A DNA stretch of 64,000 bases from an uncultured Actinomycetota bacterium (lineage in GTDB: Bacteria > Actinomycetota > Actinomycetes > JAFAQI01): positions 1,376,001 through 1,440,000 of the forward strand of contig CAVYQE010000001.1 in assembly GCA_963770565.1 (NCBI GenBank), written 5' to 3'. Within the stretch, counting starts at the first letter, position 1; each line of letters opens with the position of its first letter. The position numbers and the translations under genes are program-made. The notes under the pieces are model-generated. The model was not told the DNA's origin. It saw only the letters and a list, made by a program, of their open reading frames with translations, and did no database searches. Shown here in pieces: positions 29,607-40,357 of the stretch.

Positions 29607-31153
29607 TGGCACTCGGGCAGACGTTGTCGGTGGTGCTCACCGGCCTGGAGGCCCGGGTCGTGACGGTCGAGGCCGATATCGGCACCGGGCTTCCGACCAT
29701 GGCGTGGACCGGCCTTCCGGACACCGCGGTGCGCCAGTCCGAGAAGCGGATCAGATCGGCGGTGGGCAGCTCCCGCGAGCCGTGGCCACAGCACCGGATC
29801 ACGGTCGGGTTGTCCCCGGCGTCGGTGCCCAAGTCGGGCAGCGGCTTCGACCTCGCGATCGCGGTCGCGGTGCTCGCCGGCTCGGGTGCGATCGAGCCGG
29901 CCTCGGTGCGCGAGGTCGTGATGATCGGTGAGTTGGGGCTCGACGGCCGGGTGCACTCGGTGCCGGGGGTGCTGCCGGCCGTGATCGGGGCGGTCCGGAG
30001 CGGCTGTGTGAGCGTGGTGGTGCCACGGGCGAACGCCGGCGAGGCGATGCTCGTCCCCGGGGTCGATGTTGTCGCGGTCGGCTCGCTCGCCGAGTTGTGT
30101 GCCCGGTTGCGCGGTGAGCCGGTCGAGGTCGAAGACCTGCCGGCGGCTGCGCCCCGCGCGGCCGAGGCACTGCCCGACCTGTGTGACGTGGTCGGCCAGG
30201 ACGAGGCTCGCCGGGCGATGGAGATCGCCGCAGCCGGCGGCCACCACGTCCTGCTCACCGGGCCGCCCGGGGTCGGCAAGACCATGCTGGCTGAACGGCT
30301 GCCCGGTCTGCTGCCCGACCTGCTCCCCGACGAGGCGCTCGAGGTGACCGCGATCCACTCGCTGCTCGGTCGGTTGCCGGCCGGCCGGCCTTTGATCATC
30401 CGGCCACCGTTCTGCGCCCCGCACCATTCGGCCTCGGTCGCGTCGCTGGTCGGCGGCGGCTCCGGCATCCCCGGTCCCGGCACGATCTCGCTGGCCCACC
30501 GAGGGGTGCTGTTCATCGACGAGGCCACCGAGTTCGCGCAGCGCGCCCTCGACGCACTGCGGCAGCCGATCGAGTCGGGCACGATCACGATCAACCGGGC
30601 CGGCGCCGCGGCGACCTACCCGTCCCGCTTCCAACTCGTCCTGGCGGCGAACCCCTGCCCGTGCGCCAAGGGCGGCCGGTCGACCGATCCCTCCAACTGC
30701 GTGTGTACGTCGGTCCAGCTGCGGGCGTACCAGAACCGGCTCTCCGGCCCGCTGCTCGACCGGATCGACCTGCGGGCCCGGCTGGCCCCGATCAGCCGTG
30801 CCGTCCTGACCGCCGGCGCGTCCGGGGAGCCCAGCGAGGTGGTGCGGGAGCGAGTCGCGGCCGCGCGGGACCGGGCCGGCCGCCGACTGCGGGGAACGCC
30901 GTGGACGACGAACGCGCAGGTCCCCGGCCCGGTGTTGCGACGGCGCTGGGCGCTCCCGGCGGAGGCGCTGGGGCCGCTGAAGCTCGACGTCGACCGGCAG
31001 AAGCTGTCCACTCGCGGGATCGACCGGGTGCTCAAGGTCGCCTGGACGGTGGCGGATCTCGCCGGTCGAGACCTGCCCAACCTCGACGACGTCGAGACCG
31101 CGAGGTCGCTTCGCTTCGGCTCGGAGCCGGCCCGGCTGGTCCGGTCGGCATGA
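29606..31153 (+). CDS. comM: YifB/ComM Mg-chelatase-like AAA+ ATPase
   Basis: GSGFDLAIA, GPPGVGKTMLA, APHHSAS, SLAHRGVLFIDE, LSGPLLDRID. Confidence 0.93.
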   Translation: MALGQTLSVVLTGLEARVVTVEADIGTGLPTMAWTGLPDTAVRQSEKRIRSAVGSSREPWPQHRITVGLSPASVPKSGSGFDLAIAVAVLAGSGAIEPASVREVVMIGELGLDGRVHSVPGVLPAVIGAVRSGCVSVVVPRANAGEAMLVPGVDVVAVGSLAELCARLRGEPVEVEDLPAAAPRAAEALPDLCDVVGQDEARRAMEIAAAGGHHVLLTGPPGVGKTMLAERLPGLLPDLLPDEALEVTAIHSLLGRLPAGRPLIIRPPFCAPHHSASVASLVGGGSGIPGPGTISLAHRGVLFIDEATEFAQRALDALRQPIESGTITINRAGAAATYPSRFQLVLAANPCPCAKGGRSTDPSNCVCTSVQLRAYQNRLSGPLLDRIDLRARLAPISRAVLTAGASGEPSEVVRERVAAARDRAGRRLRGTPWTTNAQVPGPVLRRRWALPAEALGPLKLDVDRQKLSTRGIDRVLKVAWTVADLAGRDLPNLDDVETARSLRFGSEPARLVRSA

Positions 31154-32331
31154 GTGTCCCCGACGAGGAGCGGATCGCCCGGGCCGTCTTGCTGCGGGTC
31201 ACCGAGCCTGCCGTGCCCGGTGTCGTCCACCATGTGCGTGCGGTCGGGCCGCAACAAGCGGTCGAGGACATCCGGCGAGGGGTGCCGATCGGCCGGATCG
31301 ACGTCGAGGCGCTGACGCTGCGTGCCCTCGACGCCTCGGGTGAGCGCGATCTCGAAGCGGCCGGCCGGCTGGGCGCCCGGCTGGTCTGTCCCGGCGACGA
31401 CGAGTGGCCGCCCGGCCTGTCCGATCTCGACCACCATCACGCCGACTGCCTCGGGCTGTGGGTGCGCGGCCAACTGTCGTTGCGCGAGTCCTGCGAGCAG
31501 GCGGTGGCGATCGTCGGCACCCGGGCCGCGACCGACTACGGCCTCACGATCGCGGCCGACCTCGGGGTCGGCCTGGCCGAGCGCGGGTGGACCGTGGTCT
31601 CGGGGCTGGCATTCGGCATCGATGCCGCGGCGCATCGCGGTGCGCTCGCTGCCGGCGGTGCCACGATCGCCGTGCTCGCCTGTGGTGTAGACGTCGCCTA
31701 TCCCCGCGCGCACCGCCCGCTCTACGACCAGGTCGTCGCCGACGGTCTCGCGGTCAGCGAGCATCCGCCCGCCGCGGCGCCGCAACGAGCTCGGTTCCTG
31801 GTGCGCAACCGGTTGATCGCGGCGCTCAGCTCGGGCACCGTCGTGGTGGAGGCGGCACCGCGGAGCGGAGCCCGCTCGACCGCCCGGCACGCGGGCGAGC
31901 TGTTCCGGCAGGTCATGGCGGTGCCCGGTCCGATCACCTCGACGCTGTCCGCCGGCTGCCACCAGCTGCTCCGCGACCGACCGGACACCGTGCTGGTCAC
32001 CAAGACCGACGAGGTGCTCGAGCAGGTCGGAGCGCTCGGTGAGTTCGCCGAGCGGGTCAGCGGGCCGGTGCGGCGCCGCGACCTGCTCGGCCCGACCGTG
32101 AGCCGGGTGCTCGACGCGGTGCCGGTGATGAAGCGGGCGCCGGTGCCGCGGATCGCGCTCACGGCCGGCATGGCCGTCGATGCGGTCGCGGCCGCGCTCG
32201 CGGCGTTGGCCGTGCAGGGCTTGGTCGAGGCCGAGGGCGAGGAGTGGGGGATGACGACCCTCGGCCGGCGCGAGCGGCGCGCCGACTCGACCCCGGATGC
32301 CGGCGCCGAGCTTCCCCTCGGGTGGTGGTGA
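31150..32331 (+). CDS. dprA: DNA-processing protein DprA
   Basis: AIVGTRAAT.YG, VSGLAFGIDAAAHRGAL, RFLVRNRLIAALS, VVEAAPRSG. Confidence 0.96.
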   Translation: MSVPDEERIARAVLLRVTEPAVPGVVHHVRAVGPQQAVEDIRRGVPIGRIDVEALTLRALDASGERDLEAAGRLGARLVCPGDDEWPPGLSDLDHHHADCLGLWVRGQLSLRESCEQAVAIVGTRAATDYGLTIAADLGVGLAERGWTVVSGLAFGIDAAAHRGALAAGGATIAVLACGVDVAYPRAHRPLYDQVVADGLAVSEHPPAAAPQRARFLVRNRLIAALSSGTVVVEAAPRSGARSTARHAGELFRQVMAVPGPITSTLSAGCHQLLRDRPDTVLVTKTDEVLEQVGALGEFAERVSGPVRRRDLLGPTVSRVLDAVPVMKRAPVPRIALTAGMAVDAVAAALAALAVQGLVEAEGEEWGMTTLGRRERRADSTPDAGAELPLGWW

Positions 32332-32403
32332 ACCGGGTGATCATCGCGACCAGGCCCGCGTGGTGGCTTGACGCATGCTCGCGGCGACCGCAGCGTGGTC
32401 CGT

Positions 32404-33327
32404 GTGGATTCGACGGCCGCGGACCTCCCTCCCGGCTTTGCGTCGGTCCAGGAGCGCTATCTCGACCACCTCACCTTCGAGCGCGGTCTCAGCGAGCACA
32501 CCGTGCGGGCGTATGCCGGCGACGTCGCGAGCCTGCTCGACCACGCGGTCCGGATGCGGTGCGAGGATCCGTCCGACCTCACGATCGGGATCCTGCGGTC
32601 GTGGCTGGCCAGGCTCCACACCGCGGGGGCGAGCCGGGCCACGCTGGCGCGCCGGGCCGCGGCCGCCCGCGGGTTCACCGCCTGGGCCGCCCGCGACGGT
32701 CTGCTCGCGGCCGACCCGGGTGTCCTGCTGGCCTCGCCGAAGGGCCGGCGCCCACTTCCCGAGGTCCTGCGGATCGACGAGGCGGCGCAGGTCATGAAGG
32801 CCGCGGCCGACGACACCAGCCCGCGCGGGTTGCGCAACGCGGCGATCGTGGAGCTGCTGTACGCGACCGGAGCCCGGGTCAGCGAGCTGTGCGGGCTCGA
32901 TGTCGACGACCTCGACGACGCTCGGCGTACCGTCCGGCTGCTCGGCAAGGGGGCCAAGGAGCGCACCGTCCCGGTCGGCGAGCCGGCCGCAGCGGCGGTC
33001 GCCGCCTGGCTGAGCCGGGGCCGGCCACGCTTCGCCACGCTCGACAGCGGGGCCGCCCTGCTGCTCGGCGCCCGCGGGGGCCGGCTCGGCCCGCGGACCG
33101 CCCGGCAGGTGGTCCACGACCGGCTCAGGGCGGTGCCAGGGGTGGCGGATCTCGGCCCGCACGGGCTGCGGCACACCGCCGCAACACACCTGCTGGAGGG
33201 TGGAGCTGACCTGAGGAGCGTCCAGGAACTGCTCGGTCACGCTACCCTCGCTACAACGCAGATCTATACACATGTGTCCATCGAGCGACTGAGGGCAACG
33301 TATGAGCGGGCGCACCCCAGAGCGTGA
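32404..33327 (+). CDS. xerC: Tyrosine recombinase XerC
   Basis: [45 protein letters not shown]...TQIYTH; standard position after dprA. Confidence 0.9.
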   Translation: MDSTAADLPPGFASVQERYLDHLTFERGLSEHTVRAYAGDVASLLDHAVRMRCEDPSDLTIGILRSWLARLHTAGASRATLARRAAAARGFTAWAARDGLLAADPGVLLASPKGRRPLPEVLRIDEAAQVMKAAADDTSPRGLRNAAIVELLYATGARVSELCGLDVDDLDDARRTVRLLGKGAKERTVPVGEPAAAAVAAWLSRGRPRFATLDSGAALLLGARGGRLGPRTARQVVHDRLRAVPGVADLGPHGLRHTAATHLLEGGADLRSVQELLGHATLATTQIYTHVSIERLRATYERAHPRA

Positions 33328-33331
33328 TCAA

Positions 33332-34139
33332 GTGACGCTCGAGCCCGACGACGCCGAAGCCAGATCCGGCCGCGGTCGATGCGGCGATCGCCGAGCTGTG
33401 GCGGGAGTACAAAACCACCGAGGAACCGCACCTGCGCGAGCGGCTGATCCTGCACTACTCCCCGCTGGTGAAGTACGTCGCCGGCCGAGTCGGCGTCGGC
33501 CTGCCGCCGAACATCGAGCAGGCCGATCTGGTCTCCTACGGCATCTTCGGCCTGATCGACGCGATCCAGAAGTTCGACATCGAACGAGCGATCAAGTTCG
33601 AGACGTACGCGATCAGCCGGATCAAGGGCGCGATCATCGACGAGCTCCGGGCCATCGACTGGATCCCGCGTTCGGTGCGTTACAAGGCGCGCGAGGTGGA
33701 GAAGGCGTACGCCGCGCTCGAGTCGCGGCTGCACCGCACCCCCAACGAGGCCGAGGTCGCCGAAGAGCTGGGGATCAAGCTCGAGGACCTGCATTCGATC
33801 TTCTCCCAGGTCTCCTTCGTCAACGTGATCGCGCTCGACGAGCTGCTCAATGTCGGTGGCGAGCGCGGCGACAAGCTGTCCCTGGTCGACACCCTCGAGG
33901 ACACCAAGGCCGAGGACCCGGTCGCGGCGTTCGAGACCGAGGAGACGAAGTACCTGCTCGCGCGGGCGATCAACACGCTGCCGGAGCGGGAGAAGATCGT
34001 GGTGACCCTCTACTACTACGAGGGCCTCACCCTCGCCGAGATCGGCCAGGTCCTCGGTGTCACCGAGAGCCGGATCTGCCAGATGCACACCAAGGCGGTC
34101 CTCCAGCTGCGCGGCAAGCTCGCCGACCAGAAGGATTGA
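33332..34139 (+). CDS. whiG: FliA/WhiG (sigma-28) family RNA polymerase sigma factor; apparent +1 frameshift near the 5' end
   Basis: [71 protein letters not shown]; main frame has a TGA at 33333 and the GTG at 33332 is out of frame. Confidence 0.88.
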
Positions 34140-34639
34140 TCCGCCGGCTCGGCCCCACCGAGTGGGAGCTGCTTCGCGACGTGCGGCTCGCCTCGCTGGC
34201 TGACTCACCCGGAGCGTTTGCCTCGACCCACGCGCGGGAGGCCGGCTTCGACGAGGCGACCTGGCGCGAGCGAGTGGCGGGCAACGCGTGGTTCGTGGGG
34301 TCCGGCCACGAGCCCGGACCGGAGCTCGTCACAGGCGTCGTGGCCGGCCGGCACGATCCGAGCTCGCCGGCGTACCAGCATCATCTGATCGCGATGTGGG
34401 TAGCCCCACCGGCCCGCGGCACCGGCCTGGCCACGGAACTGGTCGAGGCAGTCGCCCGATGGGCGCGCGAGGACGGTGCCACCGAGCTCACCCTCGGAGT
34501 CACCGCGGGCAACCATCGCGCCTGCGCGCTCTACCTCAAGTGCGGCTTCGTCGCGACCGGTGAGACGTTCCTGCTCAGCGGCGACGCAACCAGGCCGTAC
34601 GACCTGTTCTCCCGCTCGCTGCCCCCGTCGGCCGACTAG
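34136..34639 (+). CDS. GNAT family N-acetyltransferase
   Basis: [32 protein letters not shown]; TTGA overlap with whiG stop. Confidence 0.88.
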   Translation: MIRRLGPTEWELLRDVRLASLADSPGAFASTHAREAGFDEATWRERVAGNAWFVGSGHEPGPELVTGVVAGRHDPSSPAYQHHLIAMWVAPPARGTGLATELVEAVARWAREDGATELTLGVTAGNHRACALYLKCGFVATGETFLLSGDATRPYDLFSRSLPPSAD

Positions 34640-35127
34640 TCGAGCGGGAGCAGGCGGACCTGTTCGAGACCGAGCAGGGCGAGCGGGTCGAGGTAGTCGC
34701 TGCCGCGCAGCAGGCCCCAGTGCAGGCAGGCCGCCGGCAAACAGTGCGACCCGGCCAGCGTCAGCCGCCCCAGCACGGCGCCGGCCGCCACCTGCTGGCC
34801 GCGGTGGACTCGGACCGTCAGTGGCTCGTACGTCGTGCGCAGCGGGCCGGACGTGACGCTCACGACACCGACCCCGGCGATCACCCCGGCGAAGCTGACC
34901 TCGCCGGCGCCGGCCGCCCGCACCCGCTCGCCGGCCTGGCCGGCGAGGTCGACGCCCCGGTTGCCCGCCAGCCACGGTCGCGGCGGCGGGTCGAAGTCGC
35001 GGACCACCCGGTCCGGCCCCGGCCGCAGCGGCCACTGCCAGCCCGGAATGGCCGGCGTACCGGGCGCCCCGAAGGGCGTCGCGAAGGCGAAGCCGAGCGC
35101 AACCACCAACAGCCATCGAGCCCCCAT
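34636..35127 (-). CDS. Secreted M23 family peptidase
   Basis: Signal peptide; WQWPL, GNRGVDL (first Zn-ligand His appears as Asn), LRTTYEP, CLHWGL, YLDPLALL. Confidence 0.85.
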   Translation of the reverse strand: MGARWLLVVALGFAFATPFGAPGTPAIPGWQWPLRPGPDRVVRDFDPPPRPWLAGNRGVDLAGQAGERVRAAGAGEVSFAGVIAGVGVVSVTSGPLRTTYEPLTVRVHRGQQVAAGAVLGRLTLAGSHCLPAACLHWGLLRGSDYLDPLALLGLEQVRLLPLD

Positions 35128-35186
35128 CTCCGCACCTCCGAGCCGATCATGAGCGCGGCGGAAGCGGTTCGGGCCCGGCCGGAGCA

Positions 35187-35215
35187 GGCTGTGGACGGCC
35201 CGCCCGGCTGTGGAC
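35187..35215 (-). promoter_or_regulatory. Direct-repeat motif GTCCACAGCC x2 upstream of the M23 gene
   Basis: GGCTGTGGAC at 35187-35196 and 35206-35215 on the plus strand. Confidence 0.5.
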
Positions 35216-35224
35216 GTAGACTGG

Positions 35225-35387
35225 CGCCAGCGATCCGCGCGAGCGGGTCGACTTCGCACGCCACCAGACCGCCCGGATCCTCACTCGGACGGGGCGCGCC
35301 GATCGGTCCCCAGCGGGGTCCGGCGCGCCGGCGGCGTCAGGCGCGATGGCCGACCGGCCGCCGCGGAAAACCGGGAGGAGCACATCC
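35225..35387 (+). ncRNA. Putative structured rpsB 5' leader (S2 autoregulation, t44-like)
   Basis: TAGACT -10 at 35217-35222, long UTR with GCGCGCCG...CGGCGCGC stem; rpsB leaders are known regulatory RNAs. Confidence 0.5.
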
Positions 35388-36248
35388 ATGGCCGTCGTCA
35401 CGATGCGCCAGCTGCTCGAGAGCGGCGTCCACTTCGGGCATCAGACCCGCCGGTGGAACCCGAAGATGAAGCGTTTCATCTTCACCGAGCGCAACGGCAT
35501 CTACATCATCGACCTGCAGCAGTCGCTGACCTACATCGACCGCGCGTACGACTTCGTCAAGGAGACCGTCGCGCACGGCGGCTCGATCCTGTTCATCGGA
35601 ACGAAGAAGCAGGGCCAGGACGCGATCGCGGAGCAGGCCACCCGGGTGGGCATGCCGTTCGTCAACCAGCGCTGGCTCGGCGGGATGCTGACTAACTTCT
35701 CGACCGTGCACAAGCGCCTGCAGCGGCTCAAGGAGCTCGAGGTCATCGAGTCCACCGGTGGTTCGACCGTCACCACCAAGAAGGAAGCGCTGATGATGTC
35801 GCGCGAGCGCGAGAAGCTCGCCCGCACCCTCGGCGGCATCCGCGACATGAGCAAGCTGCCGAGCGCGGTCTGGATCGTCGACACCAACAAGGAGCACATC
35901 GCGGTCGCCGAGGCGCGCAAGCTCAAGATCCCGGTCGTCGCGATCCTTGACAGCAACTGCGATCCGGACCTGGTCGACTATCCGATTCCGGGCAACGACG
36001 ACGCGATCCGGTCGGTCGCGACCCTGACCCGGGTGGTCGCCGACGCGGTCGCCGAAGGGTTGATCGCGCGCGCCGCTGCCGCCGCCGGTGACGACAAGCC
36101 GGAGCCGGGTGCGCTCGGCGCGGACGAGCCGCTCGCCGACTGGGAGCGCGAGCTCCTGCAGGGCGAGCAGGTCCTGGCCGCGGACACCGTGGTCGCGATC
36201 GACCTCACCCCGGCCCCGGAAACGGCGGAGCCAACCCCAGAGGCCTGA
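35388..36248 (+). CDS. rpsB: 30S ribosomal protein S2
   Basis: [38 protein letters not shown]. Confidence 0.98.
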   Translation: MAVVTMRQLLESGVHFGHQTRRWNPKMKRFIFTERNGIYIIDLQQSLTYIDRAYDFVKETVAHGGSILFIGTKKQGQDAIAEQATRVGMPFVNQRWLGGMLTNFSTVHKRLQRLKELEVIESTGGSTVTTKKEALMMSREREKLARTLGGIRDMSKLPSAVWIVDTNKEHIAVAEARKLKIPVVAILDSNCDPDLVDYPIPGNDDAIRSVATLTRVVADAVAEGLIARAAAAAGDDKPEPGALGADEPLADWERELLQGEQVLAADTVVAIDLTPAPETAEPTPEA

Positions 36249-36289
36249 GGCCTCATCACGACGTACGACGAGGAAGAGAGAGCACCGAG

Positions 36290-37106
36290 ATGGCGGTCAG
36301 CGCTGCTGACGTGAAGAAGCTCCGCGACCTGACCGGCGCGGGGATGATGGACTGCAAGCGCGCCCTCGAGGAAGCCGACGGCGACTTCGACAAGGCGATC
36401 GAGATCCTGCGGGTCAAGCAGGGCGCCAAGGTTGCCAAGCGGGGCTCGGAGCGCGAGGCGACGAACGGCCTCGTGGTAGCCGCCGAGGGCGCGATGATCG
36501 CTCTCAACAGCGAGACCGACTTCGTGGCCAAGAACGAGGAGTTCCAGACCCTCGCCGCCGACATCGTCGCGCTCGCTGCCCAGACCCGGTCGGGCGATGT
36601 CGAGACGCTGTCAGCGGCCACGCTGTCCGACGGCCGGACGGTGGCGACCGCGATCGAGCAGACCGCTGCAGCGATCGGCGAGAAGCTCGAGCTCGGTCAG
36701 GTCGCGGTCTTCGACGGCAAGACGACCACCTACCTGCACCGGCGCGCGACCGACCTGCCTCCGCAGATCGGCGTCCTCGTGCAGTTCGAGGGTGACGACG
36801 CGGAGACCGCCCGCGGCGTGGCGATGCAGGTGGCGACCTTCAACCCGCCGTACCTGCGCGCGGGACGACGTGCCGGCCGACCTGGTCGAGTCCGAGCGGC
36901 GGATCGCCGAGGACAAGGCCCGGCACGAGGGCAAGCCGGAGCAGGCGCTACCCAAGATCATCGAGGGCATGCTCAACGGCTTCTACAAGGACAAGGTGCT
37001 GCTCGAGCAGGCCTACGTCCGCGACAACAAGCAGACCGTGCAGAAGGTGCTCGACGACGCCGGTGTCACGGTCACAAAGTTCGTGCGTTTCGCCGTGGGT
37101 GGGTAA
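36290..37106 (+). CDS. tsf: Elongation factor Ts, split by a +1 frameshift near 36857-36860
   Basis: [19 protein letters not shown] and SETDFVA in one frame; [14 protein letters not shown]...[13 protein letters not shown]...LLEQAYV...FVRFAVG in the next. Confidence 0.93.
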
Positions 37107-37116
37107 GACTCGACCC

Positions 37117-37866
37117 ATGGACTATGCCCCGGCGCAATGGAACCGCGTCCTGCTGAAGCTCGGCGGCGAGATGTTCGGCGGCGGCGAGGTGGGCGTCGAC
37201 CCTGATGTCGTCCAGGATGTCGCGGCACAGATCGCCGATGTCGTGGCCACCGGGGTCCAGGTCGCCGTCGTGATCGGCGGCGGCAACTTCTTCCGCGGCC
37301 AGGAACTCTCCGAGCGCGGCATGGACCGCGGCCGCGCGGACTACATGGGCATGCTCGGCACGGTGATGAACTGCCTCGCGCTGCAGGACTTCCTGGAGAA
37401 GCAGGGCGTCGAGACCCGGGTGCAGACCGCGATCACGATGGGTCAGGTCGCCGAGCCCTACATCCCGCGCCGGGCGATCCGGCACCTCGAGAAGGGCCGG
37501 GTCGTGATCTTCGGCGCCGGGCTCGGTGCGCCGTTCTTCTCGACCGACACCTGCGGGGCACAGCGCGCGCTCGAGATCGGTGCCGAGGTCCTGCTGATGG
37601 CGAAGGCGGTCGACGGCGTGTACGACGCGGACCCCCGCGAGCATCCCGACGCACACCGCTACGAGCGGATCAGCTACGCCGACGTGCTGGCCAAGGGGTT
37701 GAAGGTCGCCGATCTCACCGCGTTCACGCTCTGCATGGACAACGGGCTGCCGATCGTGGTCTTCGACCTGCTCGTTCATGGCAATATCGGGCGAGCGGTT
37801 CGTGGCGAGAGCATCGGGACGCTGGTGAGCAGCACCGCCGCAGCCGGGGATGGAGCGAACGCGTGA
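37117..37866 (+). CDS. pyrH: UMP kinase
   Basis: [43 protein letters not shown]. Confidence 0.97.
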   Translation: MDYAPAQWNRVLLKLGGEMFGGGEVGVDPDVVQDVAAQIADVVATGVQVAVVIGGGNFFRGQELSERGMDRGRADYMGMLGTVMNCLALQDFLEKQGVETRVQTAITMGQVAEPYIPRRAIRHLEKGRVVIFGAGLGAPFFSTDTCGAQRALEIGAEVLLMAKAVDGVYDADPREHPDAHRYERISYADVLAKGLKVADLTAFTLCMDNGLPIVVFDLLVHGNIGRAVRGESIGTLVSSTAAAGDGANA

Positions 37867-38420
37867 TCGACGAGACGTTGTTCGAGGCCGAGGAGAAGAT
37901 GGACAAGGCGGTCGGCGTGCTGCGCGACGACCTGGCCTCGATCCGGACCGGGCGCGCGACACCGCAGATGTTCGCCAAGATCGTCGTCGACTACTACGGC
38001 GCCATGACTCCGGTGAACCAGCTCGCGACACTCACCGTCCCCGAACCTCGGATGGCGGTCCTCTCGCCGTACGACAAGTCCTCGTTGAACGCGATCGAGA
38101 AGGCGATCCGCGACAGCGACCTCGGGGTGAACCCCACCAGTGACGGCACGATCATCCGGGTCAGCTTCCCGCAGCTGACCGAGGAGCGGCGGCGTGACCT
38201 GATCAAGGTCGCGCGCGCGAAGGCCGAGGACGGGCGGATCGCGATCCGCAACGTCCGCCGGCACGCCAAGGAGGCCCTCGACAAGCTGGCCAAGGACGGC
38301 GAGACCGGCAAGGACGACGTCGAGCGGGCCGAGAAGGAGCTCGAGAAGACGACCCATCGCTACGTCGAGTCGGTCGACGAGGCCCTGGCGTCCAAGGAAT
38401 CCGAACTGCTCGAGGTCTGA
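37863..38420 (+). CDS. frr: Ribosome recycling factor
   Basis: [32 protein letters not shown]. Confidence 0.98.
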   Translation: MIDETLFEAEEKMDKAVGVLRDDLASIRTGRATPQMFAKIVVDYYGAMTPVNQLATLTVPEPRMAVLSPYDKSSLNAIEKAIRDSDLGVNPTSDGTIIRVSFPQLTEERRRDLIKVARAKAEDGRIAIRNVRRHAKEALDKLAKDGETGKDDVERAEKELEKTTHRYVESVDEALASKESELLEV

Positions 38421-38427
38421 GAGCCCG

Positions 38428-39291
38428 GTGGTCGAGGTGAGCGAGCGACCAGCGGCGCCGGCGGACCCGGGCGGGAGCTCCGGCCGGGCCGGGCGCAACC
38501 TTCCGGTCGCCCTAGCGATCGGCCTGGCGATGGGCGCGATCGTGCTCGTCACCCTCTACACCGCGAAGCCGGTCTTCCTGGCCGTCGTCGTGCTGGCCAT
38601 CGTGGTCGGTGTCCACGAGTTCAGCCGGGCGCTCGCCAGCAAGGCCATCAACGCGCCGTTCATCCCGCTCGCGCTCGGGTCGACCGCGATCCTGTGTACG
38701 TCGTACGCGGTCGGGCGCCATGCGATGACCGCGGCGATGCTGTTCACGATCCCGCTGCTGGTCGCCTGGCGGGTCGTGCAGGGCAGTGACGGGTTGGTCG
38801 CGGATCTGTCCGCCTCGCTGCTGGTGTTGCTGTATCTCGGCTTCCTGGCCGGCTTCTGCGGCCTGATGCTGGCCGGGCACGACGGCGACCGGCGGGTCAC
38901 CTGCTTCGTCGCGACCGTCGTTGCGAGCGACAGCGGCGGCTACGCCACCGGGGTGCTGTTCGGCCGACATCTGCTGGCGCCACGAATCAGCCCGAAGAAG
39001 TCCTGGGAGGGCCTGATCGGCTCGACCATCATGTGCGCCTCGGTCGGGGTGATCCTGTGCACGTCGCTGCTGCACACGCAGTGGTGGCAGGGCGTGGTCT
39101 TCGGCGTGGCCGTCATGACGTCGGCGACGCTGGGCGACCTCGGCGAGTCGATGGTCAAGCGCGACCTCGGGGTCAAGGACATGGGCAACCTGCTGCCCGG
39201 GCACGGCGGCATCCTCGACCGGCTCGACTCGCTGCTGCCGACCGCGCCGGTCGCGTGGGCATTGCTCGCCGCCTTCGTGCCGGTCCATTGA
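38428..39291 (+). CDS. cdsA: Phosphatidate cytidylyltransferase
   Basis: Multi-TM; [42 protein letters not shown]. Confidence 0.96.
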   Translation: MVEVSERPAAPADPGGSSGRAGRNLPVALAIGLAMGAIVLVTLYTAKPVFLAVVVLAIVVGVHEFSRALASKAINAPFIPLALGSTAILCTSYAVGRHAMTAAMLFTIPLLVAWRVVQGSDGLVADLSASLLVLLYLGFLAGFCGLMLAGHDGDRRVTCFVATVVASDSGGYATGVLFGRHLLAPRISPKKSWEGLIGSTIMCASVGVILCTSLLHTQWWQGVVFGVAVMTSATLGDLGESMVKRDLGVKDMGNLLPGHGGILDRLDSLLPTAPVAWALLAAFVPVH

Positions 39292-40355
39292 GCCAGCCGC
39301 TGGTCTTCGACGCGCCGCGGCGCGGGAAGCCGCCGCGTCACCTCGCCGATCTCGACCTGGCCGAGCGGCGGGCGGCCCTCGAGGCGTACGGCGAGCCGGC
39401 GTACCGCGCCGATCAGCTCTCCCGGCACTACTTCGGCCGCACCGTGACGGACCCGGCTGAGATGACCGACCTGCCGGCGCAGTCCCGGGGCCGAATCGTC
39501 GAGGCGCTCATGCCCGCGTTGCTCACCGCGGTCCGGACCCAGGAGTGCGATCGCGGCGAGACCCGCAAGACGCTGTGGCGGCTGCACGATGGTGCGCTGG
39601 TCGAGAGCGTCTTCATGCGCTACCCGAACCGGGTCACGATGTGCGTGTCGTCGCAGGCCGGCTGCGGGATGGCCTGTCCGTTCTGCGCGACCGGCCAGGC
39701 CGGGCTGCTCCGCAATCTCTCGACCGCCGAGATCGTCGAACAGGTCGTGCGCGGCGGTCGCGGGGAAGTCGACAACATCGTCTTCATGGGGATGGGCGAG
39801 CCGCTGGCCAACTACAACGCCCTGCTGCGCGCCGTGCGCCGGATCACCGACCCGCCGCCGGCGGGTCTCGGCATCGGCCAGCGCCACGTCGTGGTCTCGA
39901 CCGTCGGCCTGGTACCGGCGATCGAACGGCTGACCGGCGAAGGGCTCCAGGTCACCCTCGCGGTGTCGCTGCATGCACCGGACGATGCGTTGCGCGACAC
40001 GCTGGTGCCGGTCAACACCCGCTGGCCGGTCCGCGAGGTGCTCGGCGCGGCCTGGCGGTACGCCGACGTGACCGGTCGGCGGATCTCGATCGAGTACGCA
40101 CTGATCCGCGACATCAACGACCAGCCGCGTCGGGCCGAGCAGCTCGCGCGGCTGCTCAAGGGCAAGCTGGTGCACGTCAACCTGATCCCGCTCAACCCGA
40201 CCCCCGGCTCGGTGTGGACGGCGTCGACCCTGGAGCGGGAGCAGGAGTTCGTGAACCTGCTGCGATCCGCAGGGGTCGCGACTACCGTTCGGGATACGCG
40301 CGGCCGCGAGATCGACGGGGCTTGCGGTCAGCTCGCGGCGCAGGAGGGAAGCTGA
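39288..40355 (+). CDS. rlmN: Dual-specificity RNA methyltransferase RlmN (radical SAM)
   Basis: [41 protein letters not shown]. Confidence 0.96.
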   Translation: MSQPLVFDAPRRGKPPRHLADLDLAERRAALEAYGEPAYRADQLSRHYFGRTVTDPAEMTDLPAQSRGRIVEALMPALLTAVRTQECDRGETRKTLWRLHDGALVESVFMRYPNRVTMCVSSQAGCGMACPFCATGQAGLLRNLSTAEIVEQVVRGGRGEVDNIVFMGMGEPLANYNALLRAVRRITDPPPAGLGIGQRHVVVSTVGLVPAIERLTGEGLQVTLAVSLHAPDDALRDTLVPVNTRWPVREVLGAAWRYADVTGRRISIEYALIRDINDQPRRAEQLARLLKGKLVHVNLIPLNPTPGSVWTASTLEREQEFVNLLRSAGVATTVRDTRGREIDGACGQLAAQEGS

Positions 40356-40357
40356 TC

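Noticed and set aside
32404-33327. Tyrosine recombinase as a prophage or island integrase
   Set aside because: Sequence and dprA-adjacent position match chromosomal XerC; no att/tRNA site or mobile cargo nearby
33302-34639. 445-aa ORF suggesting a sigma-GNAT fusion
   Set aside because: The sigma factor is in another frame with its own stop at 34139; the GNAT starts at TTG 34136
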